Origin: a virus
Taxonomy: Duplodnaviria; Caudoviricetes
Direction: 5' to 3' (one strand)
IMG/VR virus record: IMGVR_UViG_3300037445_000059
Location: 1-36,014 of that record
Length of the DNA: 36,014 nt
Numbering within the stretch: the stretch's first letter is position 1; the number at the start of each line of letters is the position of its first letter. A program made the position numbers and the translations under genes. Shown here in pieces: positions 33,911 to 36,014 of this stretch. Below the pieces are notes generated by a model, which was not told the origin of the DNA, did no database searches, and was given only the letters and a program-made list of their open reading frames with translations.

Positions 33911-35419
33911 TTATTTGAACACTGCGTTTGGGTTAATGGTGAGGTAAAAGCGTTTTACGTTTTCGAGGAGGGCGTTGTAATGTTCGAGTTGCTTCTCAAT
34001 CGCGATAACCCGGCGTTCATTGCGTAGTAATTCGATAGTGATAGACCCGCGCCCGGCAAAGGGTTCAAGAAATAGATCTCCGCGTATTGAGATAGCATTT
34101 GCGAGTGTTTTAGTGATCTCGTAAGGTTTGCTAAAGGGATGACCGCAGTCTTTTTTGGCTTGCTCGTTTGACGCAAGGAGTATTGACGATGAAATTCCTG
34201 TAATAAGAGTAGTTCCAGGTTTGCGACAGAGCATGAGTATTTCATAGTTTTTGGTGGTGTTGTAGTTTGCACATTGGTTCCCCGCGCCAGAGGACTTGTG
34301 CCAGATGAGTGGCCAACGCTGCACAGCGAAACCAGCGGCAATGGCGCAGTCGTACATGAGTTGCCACTGCATGACATCGCAGTAGGTGATGACAAAGGCT
34401 TTGTCGCGCGTACAGTGAAAAGCCGCCGGGAAGAACTTTTTGATAAGGGCAACGTTCTCGTCGACGTCGTGCTCGTTGACAACGCGGTCTACGTCCTGCA
34501 TACCGCCTTGGGATTGGTCGAGGTTTGACATGTCGATCCCGTAGGGTATGTCGGTGATGATGTTGGAGACGATACCCTTGTTGTCCGGGTCGTTCATCCA
34601 GTCGATAGAATCGCCGTGGCGGATAGGGGAGAGGGTGATGGTGTTTTTCACCGCAGACGCGGCAGCGGTTTTCTCAGCCCAGTAGACGTCGAAGGGGGTT
34701 TTGTTGAGCGGGTTGCGCTCGTACTTTTCGCGCTCGAATGCAAGAAGGTCCGGGGAGGAAGAAACTTCTTCGACGTGGAGGACTTCTTTGATGGTAGGTG
34801 CGGGGAGGGAGGCTAGTTCGTCGATGGGGTCGGTGCTGGCGGCAAGTGCCGCGTGGCGGCGTGCCAGTTCCGCCAAGGCTTTGGCTTCTTGCTCACCGAG
34901 GTAGCCGAGACGGTATGCCTCGAAGCACGAACCGTATTGGTGGTATTTACGTTTTTCAGGTGGGAGGGATAGTTCAGCTTCGAGTTTCTTGGCTATTATT
35001 AGCACGTAGGATAGTGCCCCTTTCGATACGCCAAAAAGCTCGCACGCGAGGCGGGAGTTCCAATCGCCGGACGAGAGTGCAGCTTCTCTCGCACGTTGCT
35101 GGTAGATGCGTGCTATGGCGATGGTTTCTTCTTGCCACTCGAAGGACTTTCGTGCGATGTTTTCGAGTGCTTCCATTTCCTGTCGGTCACTTTCGAGGAG
35201 TGTTTCCTTGTATACCACATCAATAGTGGCCAAGCCAAGCTCACGATGGGCAGTGTAACGACGACCGCCAGCCACAAGAACCCGATCTTGGTTGACCACG
35301 ACAGGTTGGATAAGACCATAACGCGTGATGGAGTCTTTGAGTAAGGAGAGGTCGCCGTAGTCCTTGCGGAAACGGTCGGTTAAAACAATGTCGTTGAGGG
35401 GAAGGGTGGTTCGGTTCAT
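33911..35419 (-). CDS. ParB/Srx domain fused to a beta-class N6/N4 DNA methyltransferase
   Basis: ParB: R.RKDYGDL..L..SI...GLIQPVVV...LVAGGRRYTA, ENIARK; MTase: ITDIPYG, HPFSKP, LEPFAGRGS; ATG at 35419. Confidence 0.85.
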   Translation of the reverse strand: MNRTTLPLNDIVLTDRFRKDYGDLSLLKDSITRYGLIQPVVVNQDRVLVAGGRRYTAHRELGLATIDVVYKETLLESDRQEMEALENIARKSFEWQEETIAIARIYQQRAREAALSSGDWNSRLACELFGVSKGALSYVLIIAKKLEAELSLPPEKRKYHQYGSCFEAYRLGYLGEQEAKALAELARRHAALAASTDPIDELASLPAPTIKEVLHVEEVSSSPDLLAFEREKYERNPLNKTPFDVYWAEKTAAASAVKNTITLSPIRHGDSIDWMNDPDNKGIVSNIITDIPYGIDMSNLDQSQGGMQDVDRVVNEHDVDENVALIKKFFPAAFHCTRDKAFVITYCDVMQWQLMYDCAIAAGFAVQRWPLIWHKSSGAGNQCANYNTTKNYEILMLCRKPGTTLITGISSSILLASNEQAKKDCGHPFSKPYEITKTLANAISIRGDLFLEPFAGRGSITIELLRNERRVIAIEKQLEHYNALLENVKRFYLTINPNAVFK

Positions 35420-35420
35420 T

Positions 35421-35768
35421 TTATATGGGGATGGTTTGAATTGGATAACGGTAGCTAACGATTTTGTTGTTCTCGCGTGCGAACTCGATTTCACCTTGTA
35501 CACCAAGTGATTGTCCCCAACCATCGAGCATTAGCACGCATAGCTCATCGCAGTGGGAAAGCATACGCTTGTTGTACTCCTGCCAGAAGTTATAGTCACC
35601 TGGGAGACCGTAAAGGTGAATTGGATGGCAGTGAGTAATTGGAGAAAACACAAAATGTCCTTGCGCAAACATATGCGCGGCGGTACGGTCAATCGCGCGG
35701 ACACGTTCAGTGATGACGTTGGGGTCGGGGTGGGAGTAGGGGGCAGCGAGGTATATGAGTTTTGGCAT
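35421..35768 (-). CDS. DUF1937 / nucleoside deoxyribosyltransferase-like protein
   Basis: IYLAAPYSHPD...VFSPITHCH...CDEL.VL.LDGW..S.GV..EIEFA. Confidence 0.75.
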   Translation of the reverse strand: MPKLIYLAAPYSHPDPNVITERVRAIDRTAAHMFAQGHFVFSPITHCHPIHLYGLPGDYNFWQEYNKRMLSHCDELCVLMLDGWGQSLGVQGEIEFARENNKIVSYRYPIQTIPI

Positions 35769-35780
35769 TGAAGTAAGTAG

Positions 35781-35948
35781 TTATTCCACGTTGTAGTCTT
35801 TGAGACGAACACGAAGTTCGTCGTTGTATTCTTTAAACTTTTTCTTCCAGATTTTGTACGTGTCGAATGCTCCCCAAATGTAACCGAGTAGCAATCCTAA
35901 CGCAAAGCATGGAATGACGATGTAGGCAACAACCTTTTCAGCACTCAT
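35781..35948 (-). CDS. Small single-TM membrane protein (55 aa, not in the ORF track)
   Basis: MSAEKVVAYIVIPCFALGLLLGYIWGAFDTYKIWKKKFKEYNDELRVRLKDYNVE; ATGA overlap with the upstream gene. Confidence 0.65.
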   Translation of the reverse strand: MSAEKVVAYIVIPCFALGLLLGYIWGAFDTYKIWKKKFKEYNDELRVRLKDYNVE

Positions 35949-36013
35949 TTGCAGTAAGTGAGTTTGTTAGCAGCACGAGTGATTGCGGTGTAACGCCAAC
36001 GCTTCATGTCCCA
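35945..36013 (-). CDS. C-terminal end of an SF1 (RecD/Dda-like) helicase, truncated by the window edge
   Basis: ...WDMKRWRYTAITRAANKLTYCK*; YTAITRA is SF1 motif VI. Confidence 0.7.
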   Translation of the reverse strand, partial: WDMKRWRYTAITRAANKLTYCK

Positions 36014-36014
36014 T

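Noticed and set aside
29595-35771. Plus-strand and alternate-frame ORFs over the replication genes
   Set aside because: Shadow ORFs of well-supported minus-strand genes, with no motifs of their own

Overview
A 36 kb piece of a tailed dsDNA phage genome with podovirus-like (P22/T7-type short tail) architecture; no host genes, tRNAs, rRNAs, CRISPR array or integrase are visible. 1-3400 is a control/early region of small ORFs, a GIY-YIG nuclease, sigma70-like promoters and structured non-coding DNA. 3709-27270 (+) is the virion operon: TerS, TerL, portal, scaffold, major capsid, adaptor, fibre-like proteins, holin-like/lipoprotein cluster, a tail nozzle split into two genes, ejection proteins, a 31-aa acidic peptide and a PurD-like ATP-grasp enzyme. 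27221-36014 (-) is the replication/nucleotide module: LuxR-type HTH, MazG-like, DUF3987-like NTPase, UDG-PolA fusion, ParB-DNA methyltransferase fusion, DUF1937-like protein and the end of an SF1 helicase. The strongest unexplained signal is a 27-bp quasi-palindrome (AGTATTGCYCA-N5-TGRGCAwdACy) found 8 times over 30 kb, four copies inside genes. Also notable: signal-peptide proteins in the virion operon with no recognisable endolysin, a PolA with non-canonical dNTP-site residues, and the acidic peptide/ATP-grasp pair. All family calls come from manual motif recognition; no searches were run.
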